A DNA stretch of 64,000 nt from Pavona decussata (GCA_977016875.1 CDRNST010000191.1:992001-1056000), one strand, 5' to 3'; positions 15,001-27,051 are shown, numbered from the stretch's first letter. Program-made: numbers and translations. Notes: a model not told the origin generated them from the letters alone.

Positions 15001-17503
15001 TATGCCAGAGCGCAACTCAACTTATACAGAAGTGAATATCCGTAACGGCACAAGTAAGAAAGTGTGCCTTCATTGAACTTACCGCATATCAGGAACATCC
15101 ACAAAGCCAAATTAAAACTGGTGCTCATTGTCTTCAGTTATGCTTCCTTGTGACGTGCAATCCAATATGCGTTTGCAGTAAGAACTGATATACCGCCCCG
15201 GCTCAATTGAATGGCCAAAAAACGTGACACTGCCTGCCTGCCAAAAGAATGTGTTCGGCAGTCAAAGTTAATTTTCCTAACCAAACAAAATGAGTTATAT
15301 CGTTCTGGACGTAAATGCTTAAATGATTTATAGTTTAATTATTTTTCTTTCTTTGCAAATTTGAAAATTAAAAGAGCTTAACACTGTTTCTGCGTCTTTG
15401 TGGCAGCCGTCTATCTTTGACGGCCGGCAATAGAGGAAAGGCAAGTTAAAGTTTCAAATCTACCTTTATAAACTCAGTAGTTGAGGTTTCATGTTTTTTA
15501 TGTCACTGTTGAATTGTGCTGAATGGATGAGTACTGGCGAAGAATGAGTGATGCGGTACTTATATCACTTTAATACGATCAATACTTGCTTCAGCAGAAT
15601 GATTGTATGAATGCATATCCTGACCTATAAGACATGCCTAACATCCTTGTTAGTGTCTGACTTCCAGCTTCTTGATGTGCCAGTGTAATTTATGTTCTTG
15701 CTAAAAAAAATATAGCCCTCTACAGCAAACGTATAATGTGAAATTGGCTGGCTCGATTGAACTCGTTTATGGCGGAGTTTGGTTGTAAGTTACAAGGAAA
15801 GTAAACAATAGAAACTAAACAAACAAAACGGGCAAAATACACGTAAACCAGAGAATGCACCTCTGCTAAAAGAACTTACTCACCTCTGATAAAAGAAGGA
15901 CAAAACAAAGTATTGAGAAAGCTACTGTTGCAATGCCAATTGTCGCACAGCCCAGTTGATGATCTTTCAGTCGTTCATTGGCAATCAACTGCTCCCGATT
16001 ATTAAAATCACCTGTTTTTAAATGCTTGTACGGAAGCTTACTACTCCCAATGTACTTAATAAAAAGAGTAATGATACTATTTATAATCGTTCTGTTAAGT
16101 CAGCCAGTATAAGAACATCTGAATCATAACTGACTGACTGGAGGAATGGAAAGTGATCGGGATGGACGATAGTTCCGGTTGTTCAATTTTACCCCAGAAG
16201 CGCTGACGTTTCAGTTGCATTGTTAACCATATTTTACCCGGGGTAGTTCCAAGAATGCTTTACACTCAGCTGTCCATTTGAGTTGACCATTCCATAAAAA
16301 AAATCTGCAAGGTCGTTAAACCAACTACCTTATCCGGGTGTGTCTCGTTTCTTTCCGGCGGAAGTTATGAAATAATATAAGTTGTAACGTAGCTAAAATA
16401 CACTATCAATGCTACATCGAAACCGAAATTCCCTGATATATTTGGCAAATGATAAATATTCTCCCTCGCATTCGTAGTTCCGTTCTATGTTTTGCTTACA
16501 TAGCGTAATTCAAATATTTACATAGACTACCTACCTAAGGTTAACGTTAGCGTTCTAAAATAAGGAAACAAAAACTGAAACTATGAATTTTGCCGGTAAC
16601 GATGTCTTAATTTGCAAAGCACACAGGCGTCTCTTTCTTTCTTCATAAAGTAACGTCCGTTAAACGTTAATCGTTGTGTCAGCCAGGAAGTTGTTAAGTT
16701 ATCAGAGCGCGGAAACATTTTATAAACTAGATCGATGACTGAACTTTTTACGACACAAAGTGGCAAGGCGATGATACCTTAGTGACACGAAACACTTGAC
16801 GAATACTAAATATTAAAACACCAGGTAACTATGTATGATGTAGCTAAAATTATCTGCAGTACTTAAGAATATTCTTATTCATTCAGAACTAGAGTGACAA
16901 AACCATTTTTGAAGTCAGGTTATCTGATTGCAGCATTTGGGTTCGTGAAAAATTCCCCGACATGTACATGCATGATCATTTAAACAAACGTTGCGCTCAT
17001 TACTTCGGGCTGTGCTGCTGTTTAATTTGATGTAACGAAATCTTTTTCGAAAGAATTTTATTTTGTAAGAAATTTCACCCGGTTTCGATGAAACGTGTCC
17101 TTAAGAGTGAAAGTGTCAAACACTGGTGGCAAACTGGCGACCAAATGGAACCAACCGGGAAAAAAACGGACCAATTTAGTCAATTTAGGAGACGTATCGT
17201 TTGTATTTGGCAAATGTCTAGAGAAAAGGACGTACGGAACGTATATAAGGTTGTATTAATACACAATCGAAACCGGAAGTCCTTGAATTGTTAGTGTTCC
17301 CGTTTTACTGATTCATGTTTACCCTGCGTAATTCAAAAATTTACCTGGAGGATCTGATGGTGTAATCACGATCCATGGGTTAAACATAGGTTAACGACTG
17401 TTAACGCTGTTACAAATAAATAATGATACAAGCCGCGACTGTTAACGCTGTTCCAAATAAATAATGATTCAAGCCGTACAACTATTTTCTGTCAGGTTTC
17501 ACT

Positions 17504-18105
17504 CCGTGGGGGGAGGGGGGAGGGCACTTGACCCATGTTTGGGTGTAGAGGTGCCGCTGGAGGTTTGAAACCCTGACCCTGTTTAGGACGAAAATAACCT
17601 TAAATACCTACCCTGTGTAGGACAATGTCCTCAATTTTAAGACCCTATTTAGGACAGAGGACAACATCTAGCTCTTATGTTACACAAGTGTTTATTGGCA
17701 ATAGTAATAACATTTAAAGGCCCACTGTCACTTACCGGACGTGATGTTCCACGCATCATGAAACGCGAATACCACTTACAACAGATAAAATAATACACTT
17801 CCTAGAAGTGATGGCGAAAAGTCCCAAAATTTCGCATTAACAGCGGTGAACCTTAAGTGGAAACTCAATTGACGTGAAGCATTGTTCACTAAAATAAATC
17901 TAAAATAAATGCAGACTAACGTCTCTGATTTCGGATTGCCAAATACTCGATGAAGTCTTGCAACCATACCCTGTCTAGGACGGGTCCGGGACAGACTCCC
18001 TTGAAAATTATATACCCTGTTCAGGACAGAGGGACCAAAAACCATACCCTATCCAGCGGCACGTCCCCGTAAAGCCCATATAGGGGAGTACCCCCCCCCC
18101 CCCGG
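17504..18105. mobile_element. Non-autonomous DNA element with CCG-polyG / polyC-CGG termini and 8-bp TSD
   Basis: TSD GTTTCACT at 17496-17503 and 18106-18113; internal accctgt..aggac repeats. Related copies at about 4080-4355 and 54194-54484. Confidence 0.75.
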
Positions 18106-19114
18106 GTTTCACTGTTCTCGAAGACTGACTGTACATCAAAAAGAAATGGCTCTCGATCAGGATCTGTTCGGGAGATGACACCTGACTGCGGCTTCGCAAG
18201 CCCGGACAATGGAGAGTATTGGAAACATAGAAGTGTTACATTCGGTTTTTAAAAGGAGCCGAATTTATTTGCCGGTTTTCACTGTCACGCCAAAACACTT
18301 AAAATCGAAACAATTCACTGAATGATGTAAAGAGTTTATGAAAGAGTTAAAAAAGGTCTCAGGTGTAGGTATCGTCCCTTACTTGAATTATTTGGCAAAT
18401 ATTCCGCACGAATTTATAGAGCTCAGTACAGAGACGCCATATTTGTGCCCCTCCGAGGGACACAAACATAGCGGCCGGAAATCAAACAAAACATCTGGAA
18501 TCCACTTTTGCTGAAAAGGCAAAAAGTTAGTTTTCTCTCGTCAGGAGCTTATCACCCGGAGCCTCCATCTACCCTATACAGGGGCAACAGCGTATTTACA
18601 CCTTGGGCTATTTTTAGGATTGAGCATTTCCCGCGAAATTTGTTACATGATACCTTTTGCGTCCGCATTTGAACATTGAAAAAAAAATGGTGGACAGAAG
18701 GCAATAGTTTTGCAAGGAGGTGGTAGGGCAACTCCACCGTTCCAAGTCCTTTATTTTGCTCTCGTCGATTCCCCCCTTTTCCTAATAAACTACCCATGAT
18801 ACAATGCGGTGTTTTGTGATCTTCATGTACAAGAGCGATGGGAAATGGCCGGGAAGTTTGTGTCCGCGTGAAGACATTTGGGCTTGTGGAGGCGTCTTGT
18901 CTTTGAGGGGATACAGGTTTTTCGTTCATTTCCTGTTGGTTCTTTTACATTTTTACACGTTCGTATCGACTATATGAATAATAGAATTGAATTGAGGAAT
19001 ACTAAACACACCGTTGTGTGCGCTCCAGCGTGTCCGTGAATGTTAGCAAAAAGCTTGTGCAGAAGTTGATTTTCATCTTGGCTTCCGCTGCTGGTAGCGT
19101 CTTTCAACTTATAA

Positions 19115-22100
19115 ATGAAGCGTTTTGGCAAAACAGTTTTTTCAGGAGATCAGACGCAGGAAAAGTTTGCGAAAAAGAGCGACGATTCTGGATCTTGTAC
19201 GCCTTCCAACGATGGCAATGTTCCGGCCTCTACTTCGAGCTCGCCTTCGACTTCTGAAGGACGTCCTCTCTCAATAAAGAGCCTCTTGAGACAGAAAATC
19301 CAGGGAAAACTCAGTACCGAAAAGGAATCTGGTGATTCATCGAGCAGAGAACGAAGGCAACTCGACGAGTGGTGTGGGAATTTGAAAACATCTGGATTTA
19401 TTTGCGAAGTGATTTCCTTGACCGATCGTTACTCGCCATTTCTTCATGAAGAAAATAATGACATCCCTGGTTCATCAGCGTTAGTAGTTTACCCATCTAA
19501 GGATCATACGTACAGCAGTGAAACGGGACCTTTCCAGCCGGTAAGACTTGTCATTTTCCCCGATGGTTCTTGGCGTTTGCAGTGTCCTATCTATGAATTT
19601 CAGGATGTGTCAAAAGGGAAACTTTCGCCTTTCAGTTGTGAAGAAGTGCTTTCTCTAGTCTCTAGTTGGTTTACCCAGTACCACGCGTTGTGTCCTGGTC
19701 TAATTGGTCTAGAAGATGTTGAAGGTAAACTGGGTTATATTCCTAAAAATGTGAGAGTACTAGCAGACCCTGTTAAGATTGTGCAGGCGGTTTCTTGTAA
19801 AGTTTGGCATGTTCCAAGCTCCCAAGCACGTAAGGATGAGTCTGATGCAAGAAGGTTTCATGTTTGTGGAGAATGTCTCAGAGCACATAGCTATGTTCAA
19901 CGGCGAATTACTGAAAAAAACAATGTCGATACACCAACTAAATGTAAACGTCAAAGCCCTTCGAGCAACTATCCCATCAAATACCTCTCTCCGAACAGCA
20001 AACAGAAGCGCTACTCCCATCTGAAGAATGACCGACTGCGCCTTAAAAGGAGAGTTGACCGGTTCTACAAGAAGACCAAAATTGAGCTTCCAGAGAACCA
20101 ATCCATTGAGCTTTGTCAACTTGTAGAAGCCATCGAAGATTCAGAAGATGGGAAAGACGAATTGAAAAAGATAGTGATGGAAGGAAATGCATTAAAGGAC
20201 AACAAAGGAAATTCCTCTGGTGTTATCTTGGAAGAAGTGTGGAAAAAGGACCGTGTAAGTTTCTTTAAAGATCAGCAAAGAAATGGTAAGTTGTTGTATC
20301 TCTCATTAATAATTAGATTATGAGCTGAGATTAGTTCCTACTATGTGATAAATGACAAGGGCACATCCCAAATCAGCTATCGCACATAGAATTGAGAGCA
20401 AATCATTGGTCTCAATACTTTAAATAGTAAATAGTATAAATCTCCACTAAGGAAAAGGTAGATTATGATCATTAACAATGTAACAGAAATAGGTCAGGTC
20501 AGGTGCATGTGTTTGGCTTATTGCTTTTTCATTTGCTTTTTAGTAACTGGTAAAAGAGGAAACAGGTGGTCCCTGGCTACCATACGAGTTGGTAAGCTCT
20601 AAGAATGGCTTTGATTTAGAAATCTGCATCAATTTTGCTTTGAAACAACATTGTTTGATTATGTAATTCATCCTTAATTACATCCTCAATTTGCCATGCA
20701 CAGTGGAAGCCTTGGTCATACATGCAGCTTCTCTGATGTTTTGCTGCTAATATTTATGACTACCTTTATATTGTTATTGCATGGTTTTATGATTGCTTCT
20801 TAGCTCTTGCAGTTTTCACCAGAAGCCCCTCTGCATTTGACGCACTTCATGGTCTCAAAATCCTTCAGCTTCCTTGCTCTAAAGTCCTTAGGAAAGTTTT
20901 GAAAGATGGCGCCGAAAATGCTGGTATCGATGAGGAGTACCTTAAGGCACAGAGTTGTAAATTTCAAAGTTACCAAGAGCAGCGAGAGAATGACCATCAT
21001 CCTAGACCACTTGGAATTGGAGTAATGATGTGGGATGAAGTTAAGGTATATAGAGTACATATGGTTGAATTGTGATACCAAGACACATCCAGATTGTGGA
21101 TGTAGATCTGGTTCCTGATGTACCTTTGGTATTTAATTTCAGGTCCAAATGAAGGTTGCCTGGAACTTGAAGGGTGGAGGAATAACAGGCTTCACCATAC
21201 CGGAGGATGAGCTAAAAGTGCTGCATGATGTTTACACCTCCACAGTGGAAGGTGGTGCCAAGAAGGCCAGCTACATCATACAGTTCTTATGGAGAGATCT
21301 CACCTCTGGATATGATCTAGTGGGACCATATTTTCCCATTGAGGCTTCCATCACATCTAATACTCTCCAAGAATTTGTCATGCTGTGCTTGAAAGCATTC
21401 ACATCATATGGCTTCAAAGTGGCAATCATCCTGTGTGATGGAGCTTCTTCTAACCTCACAGTATTGAAGATCCTTACTGGTTATGAAAGAAAAGAACTTC
21501 CAGTAAATGAGGCAGCTGACAACTTGCGTGATAAGTTTTTCTTGGATATTTCTTTTCCTAATCCAGAGGATCCCTATGGCAGGCCCATATTTGTCATGAT
21601 ATGCCCAAGTCATCAGGTTGTAATTCTTAAGATGAACAAAAAGGTGTTCCAATTTAATAAAGTTTCAATTGGATTTTTTTTTTGTTCAGATCCAACAGCT
21701 TACAGTTTTGAAACTACTTGACAGTCCATTACCTGCACTTCTTGTTGATCTTTGCAATGATGAAAATTTACATTGTACATTATGATTTGTAATCTAGACT
21801 TGTTAGTGTTGTAAATATGATTCGACCATCACAGACACTGACAGGTAGAAATATAGTGGGAACCGAATGAACATGTTTCGGCATGAGTATGCACAAAATA
21901 ATAATATAATGATGATATATTATCATAATTTTTTTTGTTCTTTTAGCTAAAGAACATGATAGCAGCATTATACAGCTCCAGGCTTAATGGTTCCAAATCA
22001 TTCACTCGTGCGGGGTCAACATTTGGATGGGAAACCATTGAAAAGGTTTTCAGAGAAGAAATGACTAGAGCTGAAACTGGGAGAAGCCGCAAAGTGCCTG

Positions 22101-24528
22101 GACTGAAATATGCCTTTGTGTACAGAGACAACTGGACTCGTCTGAATGTGAGACCAGCCAAGATTATGCAGGTACATGATATTGGCGTGCATGAAATCGA
22201 ACCCAAGCAGTTTCAAAAATAATGCTTGGAATTAAAGTTTAGCTGTCAAAAATTAAGGACTTGAATATATGACCACATAGCTTATAGTTATATCATATGA
22301 CATTGTGCTGCCTTGCATGCAGTCTAGTCTTGTTTAGGGTACAGTTAGGCCCTCCCTAGCAGTCTAAAAATCAGGTTAAAATCACATGCGGCTCCCATTT
22401 AATAGTAAAAGATTTATACTTCTGTGCACTGATCAAGAAACAGGTAGACATGAAAATACACTGGACAGGTTTAAAATTAGTTCATTTTATGCTTACCGGT
22501 AAATGCTTCCTTTAATAATTTCAGCAACGATTTATGATAGCAGCCATCAAGGATCTCACAGGCCCATCACCACAACAAGTAGCAAGATATTTAGATGCCT
22601 GCAACCTCATTTTTGAAGAAGGATTGTTGAGTCGGCGGAGGATAAACAGTCTTCAGAGCCCTGTCCTGGCTAATATTAGAAAAGGCATGGAGTTCTTTGA
22701 AGGATGGCACAATACCCACTCTGAGACAGGTATTTATGTTTATTTATAATTTACAGAATGGTTGCTTGTTGTGCTGTGATAATGGGGTTGCATGGACAAA
22801 TTCAAACGTTTCTACCACTAGTAGGGTTACAGATGCCATGAGTGCTTTCAAATGTGCCAAACTCCCTTGAGTGTTTACAGCTCAGGATAACACAGTGGCA
22901 ATTTTGCATTTGTATTATCAGTCACATCTGACAACCCTGATCATAGTATTTATTATCCAATGACTGGTATCAGATGTAATAATTAACCCTTTTTTCACTG
23001 AGATGGAGGTGAATAGTCATGGGTATTTATACCTAGAGATTGCATAATAAATCAGAATGTGTATAAAGTACTATTTACTTCTGTGGTATATGTACAAATA
23101 AATATTGTTCATGTAAGTAATAAAGGAGTTTCAACAGGCCGCAAAATTCTTGGTATAATTGCCCTAAAATTTATTGTTGGGGTATGAATTATTGTGTACT
23201 TACACTTATTGTGTACTTACAGTAATTTTGTTCTACTTTTTTTCTTGTATTAAATAGTTTATATTTGTATATCTATTCAACAGTGTATCCTGATAACTCA
23301 AAGAAGGCAAGGCAGAAGAGATTTCTTGCTTGGCAGGTCAGTGTCACTTAATCTTTCTTTGCACTGTTCCAGCTAACATAATTTATATAATATGTGCACA
23401 TGTGTATGTGTTTGAGGTGTTTTACTGGTAAGAGACTTTGTGATGTATTGTTTGCTGTCAGCAGACACGTCTTGAAAATTATAGTATAGTTATGCTCAGT
23501 GAGCATCCACTTGAGGACTTGCATGTGAATTGAACTGCTCAATTGTATTGTAACTTTCAACGCACTAACAACATGCCACTTTTTTTCAGACATGGGACCT
23601 CCTGCGAATTGTTGTCTATGGCTTTCTTGCATTCTGTGAATGGTTTTTCACGAATGTGTCTCCAGATGGGAAGTACTTTATAAGCCCATTGAGAATAAAT
23701 GGGAGTGCTTTAGAATCTGTTTTTAGTGTTCTAAAGCACACCAGTGGGGGAAACCTTTCAGCTTTGAACTATGGGCCTAGTCTTGGGAGGTTCATTTACA
23801 GGAAAGGGCAGGTAGTTGTCAACCAAAACTCTGAGACAGGCTACCGTGATGTAACTTTGAATTTAGATGGAGAACATTCTCATGTAAATAGTCATTTAAT
23901 CCAGGTCAAAGGCAACCGTGTAAATAATAACTTATGCCAGTATAAATTCCCCTTGGAGATCTCTCAGTCAACAATAGGAGGGAGGCAAGGTAGTAATGCT
24001 TGCACTTTAATAGCGATACAATTTGGGGCATACTGTTTCAAAGAACAACTCGACATTTCTCTTCTTTGGGAACAGCTGCCTCAAATTTGGACTAATTCAT
24101 TTATCAATGCAATATGCGAAGGAAATGCACTATATGATGAACTATATGGTGACACTGCAGTGTATCTTGATGTCGAGGATGTAGTGAATGCCGCTGGTGA
24201 TGAATGCTGCATTGAGTCCATTTCCCCATTATATGGGTTTACTGATGCGGACCAGTTCAGTGAATTGATTGAGCATGTGAGCCAGTCCTTAACCAAAGAT
24301 AGGTATGGTGTTATGATAGGATGTAATCGAACTGTTGGTGTTTTCATAAAACAAAGTGGTATATGTGCACTTATTGACAGCCACCAAGACATTGGAACCA
24401 ACAGTGGGGCAGTCATATCAATAGCAAGTTCGTTTAAATTTGCAATTCTTGAATATACAAGAATGCTGAAAGATGTTCACTCAGTACAGCAGTTCACAGG
24501 CACATTAACATGGATTGAATTCATGTAA
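19115..24528 (+). CDS. P-type DDE transposase fused to a C-terminal herpes-tegument-like cysteine protease; exons 19115-20285, 20544-20591, 20804-21045, 21143-21616, 21947-22171, 22525-22729, 23284-23336, 23590-24528 (about 1,118 aa by hand count)
   Basis: All junctions are GT-AG and in frame. P/THAP9-like motifs in order: C4 cluster (LCPG..SC..CGEC), [31 protein letters not shown] (D), LCDGASSN (D), [35 protein letters not shown] (E). C-terminal domain [18 protein letters not shown]...LIDSHQD. Confidence 0.88.
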
Positions 24529-25025
24529 ATTTGTTGTGTGCCTTTTATCACTGCTTCTATGGAATATTGAAAGTATACAGTTTATGTTGTGACTTAATTT
24601 TGTACAAACAATAACAATTAATTTTATAATGAACAATGTAAGGAAATAATTTTTACCTAGGCCATGTAAATACCTTTCATACAAATAAGGGGTTACTGTA
24701 CATACTATGTTCAAATAAAGGAATTTATTACAAGCTAACTGTTGATGATACATTCATACAACAAAATTTTATTCAACGACTAGTTTTGTCTGATTGCTAA
24801 ACAAATTACGTGCCCTGATGACCCTGAGCAATGTAGAATTTACCGGAATGAAATTACAGGATATGACCAAAATCCTGCGTAGGCAAAATAAAGTTAAAGT
24901 TTGTTGTTGTTACATCATTTTTCCCACGCAGGCTTAATTTACCTCCAAAGGCCAACTCGATTAAAGCGTAATTATACCTCACGTGCCATTGCTAGTAATA
25001 TGAAGCGAGCAAGGTCATCCATTGT

Positions 25026-26372
25026 TCATTTTTTTTTGCGCTTGGAAACTATCGCGTATGATTTTAGTTTAGGTCTAAGCATTTCGTCTGCGTCCACCAC
25101 TTTTCCTTGTACTTTCAAATCTCTCTCAACTTTAGCGTTAAGAAACTCGTTTATCCTCGTGTTTGCTAGCTTCGAAACTAGTACCCGATAAAGTCTGTCT
25201 ACAACAGATGCTTCCATTGCACATTCAACTTCGGGCAGCAATGAGCCCACAAGTTCTCTAAAATCCGTTTCCAAACGCTCATTGTTTTTAACACAGTTCT
25301 GACACATTTGCAGAAACTTTGATGGGTATTTCCGCAAATTACTGTCTGTGGTGAATTCTCGAACTTCGTTGTCCACCGAACGCAAGAAAAATATAAGTTC
25401 ATCCCTAGGAAATATTAACTTGCCCGCGTCTAGGTTTTTTAAACTCTGGGAAATACCCGATTTGTCTTTCATGACAAGACCCTCCAAAATTTCCAGCTCT
25501 TTAGTCATAATAGGTCTTTTTTCAGAAGACGGTTTTATGCGCTTCTTTTTCCCAGCCAGGGATTCTCGGCGTAATTTCAACATTCTTTGAAGCGCTGCTC
25601 CACAATATCGGTACAATGTATCGTCCGATTCTTTGCTCAGCTGTCTCGCACTACTACTGCTCTCAGCAGTGGAATGCTCTTTCCGTGATCGAACGTGGTC
25701 GTGTATTAATGTGTACACCATCTCGTGGATAACACTGAGGACTGAATGAACATCCTCGTGGGAGAATGATTTGGACGCCGGCAAACAACGCTCGATAACA
25801 ATCCTCTCTTGTGACGTCTTTCCCGGCTGGAAATTAGATAACATTTTCATCCACGCTACGGAGAATGCAGCTTTCCTCTCTTTCGGTACATTACTACTAT
25901 AACACTCTTTTGATAATGTAGCGAATTTCCTGCAAAAGCCGACGATCAACAGGCTGAAATTGTCCTTCTGCCCTTCGCTTGTCAAATGCAACGCGAAGTT
26001 TCTGCGCTGTTCGAAAGCTTTCAATCTGGTTGATTCTAAAAGCCGTTGGCGCAATTCGCTTTCTACTCTCTTAGCCTCTTCGGCGGAGAAAACCCAAGAT
26101 GATAATTCATCCATTTCGGCAAAGCTGATTCCCCTTGCAACACTTTTTTCGGTAGTTTTGGCTTTTTTCTTTCGACTTCCACGTGCGGTCGTGTTCGTGG
26201 CTTGGGGTCTCTTTGTACCAGAGTTTGAACCTTTAGCCGAGGGATTCTTAGTTCCACTGTCCGTTTCAGCAGTTTCGCTTTCTGAATAGCTTGATTCTAG
26301 CGAAGAAAGTTCATCGCTGACGTTTGAAATTTCAGATTGACTATCAGAGAAGCACTCGCTTTGGTCCGCCAT
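25026..26372 (-). CDS. Transposon-encoded accessory protein (448 aa), resembling the P-transposase C-terminal domain
   Basis: Intronless ORF with an AAAATGGCG start context, inside the TIRs. Acidic/Ser-rich N-terminus, basic NLS-like runs (RKKKAK, KKKRIK, KRKKK), motifs LYRYCGAAL..K, LDAGKLIFP, KLANTRINEFLN. Confidence 0.8.
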   Translation of the reverse strand: MADQSECFSDSQSEISNVSDELSSLESSYSESETAETDSGTKNPSAKGSNSGTKRPQATNTTARGSRKKKAKTTEKSVARGISFAEMDELSSWVFSAEEAKRVESELRQRLLESTRLKAFEQRRNFALHLTSEGQKDNFSLLIVGFCRKFATLSKECYSSNVPKERKAAFSVAWMKMLSNFQPGKTSQERIVIERCLPASKSFSHEDVHSVLSVIHEMVYTLIHDHVRSRKEHSTAESSSSARQLSKESDDTLYRYCGAALQRMLKLRRESLAGKKKRIKPSSEKRPIMTKELEILEGLVMKDKSGISQSLKNLDAGKLIFPRDELIFFLRSVDNEVREFTTDSNLRKYPSKFLQMCQNCVKNNERLETDFRELVGSLLPEVECAMEASVVDRLYRVLVSKLANTRINEFLNAKVERDLKVQGKVVDADEMLRPKLKSYAIVSKRKKK

Positions 26373-27051
26373 TTTTTAATGAATGCGTAATAAAGGTAAA
26401 ATGAAAACAACCACCTGATTGGTTGAAAGCTGTGGGCGGGATAGGGGTGTGTCCGACCGCGAAATATTATCCAAGTAAAAGTGGTTCCAAAAATAACCCA
26501 AGGTGTAAATACGCTGTGTCGTAGGGTCAGTATGGGAGATGGAGGCTCCGGGTTATAAGCTCCTGCTCTCGTATAGCATTGCACATCCGCATCGACATTT
26601 ATCCAAATGCTCTAACTGTTCAGACCGCTACAAATTGTTGGAGAAGTTACCTTTTTTTTTTTTGTTCTTTTAATATCAGCATCTTTGTCACGGAAGTCGT
26701 CTTATTGTCACGCCTGTGTAAAGTGGAAAATTCAAAATGCCCTATTTTCAAAGTGAAGGAGGCTCAAAACTTGTCAGAAGAGATGTTTAAAAGAGATGTT
26801 TACAGTTCATTTTACGACTGCTGATGATAAAATTTCGGAAAGCTTCCCGGTTTTGTTTTTATAATTCGATGACGTCACACGAAAAAGACGGCAAAATAAT
26901 GTTGTGTGACCAACTCCACAGCTGCTTACTAAGAAAAAAGACGGACGCGACGTCGTTCATGATATGATTATAACGAGAGGTAGGTAATTTTCAATGTGGA
27001 ATCGTGAAGATATTGTCCCGGTCACATAAAGACAATTTATCATGGTGTTGT

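Larger units (their letters stand above)
18542..26565 (+). mobile_element. Full-length P-element-superfamily DNA transposon (8,024 bp) with two convergent genes
   Basis: 29-bp TIR CAGGAGCTTATCACCCGGAGCCTCCATCT (18542-18570) and 26537-26565, one mismatch. Second inverted block ACAGCGTATTTACACCTTGGG at both ends. 7-bp TSD CTCTCGT at 18535-18541 and 26566-26572. Encodes a P-type DDE transposase. Confidence 0.93.
18271..26892. mobile_element. Host non-autonomous repeat (about 600 bp) interrupted by the P-like element
   Basis: Left part gccggttttcactgtcacg...gacgccatatttgtgccc...aaacatagcggccgg, right part ending gatgacgtcacacgaaaaagacggc. Absent from the paralogous block near 1600. Boundaries approximate. 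Confidence 0.5.

Noticed and set aside
17776-18209. Small ORFs containing GGGGVLPYMG
   Set aside because: Translations of the terminal region of a non-autonomous repeat.
18552-18929. 125-aa minus-strand ORF at the transposon left end (repeated at 62722-63099)
   Set aside because: Runs into the TIR and has no recognisable motif; its recurrence only reflects the element copy.
18542-26565. RAG1/RAG2 (ProtoRAG/Transib) or Kolobok identity for the two-gene element
   Set aside because: No CAC heptamer ends, 5-bp TSD or kelch repeats, and no TTAA TSD; transposase motifs and the 7-bp TSD fit the P superfamily.
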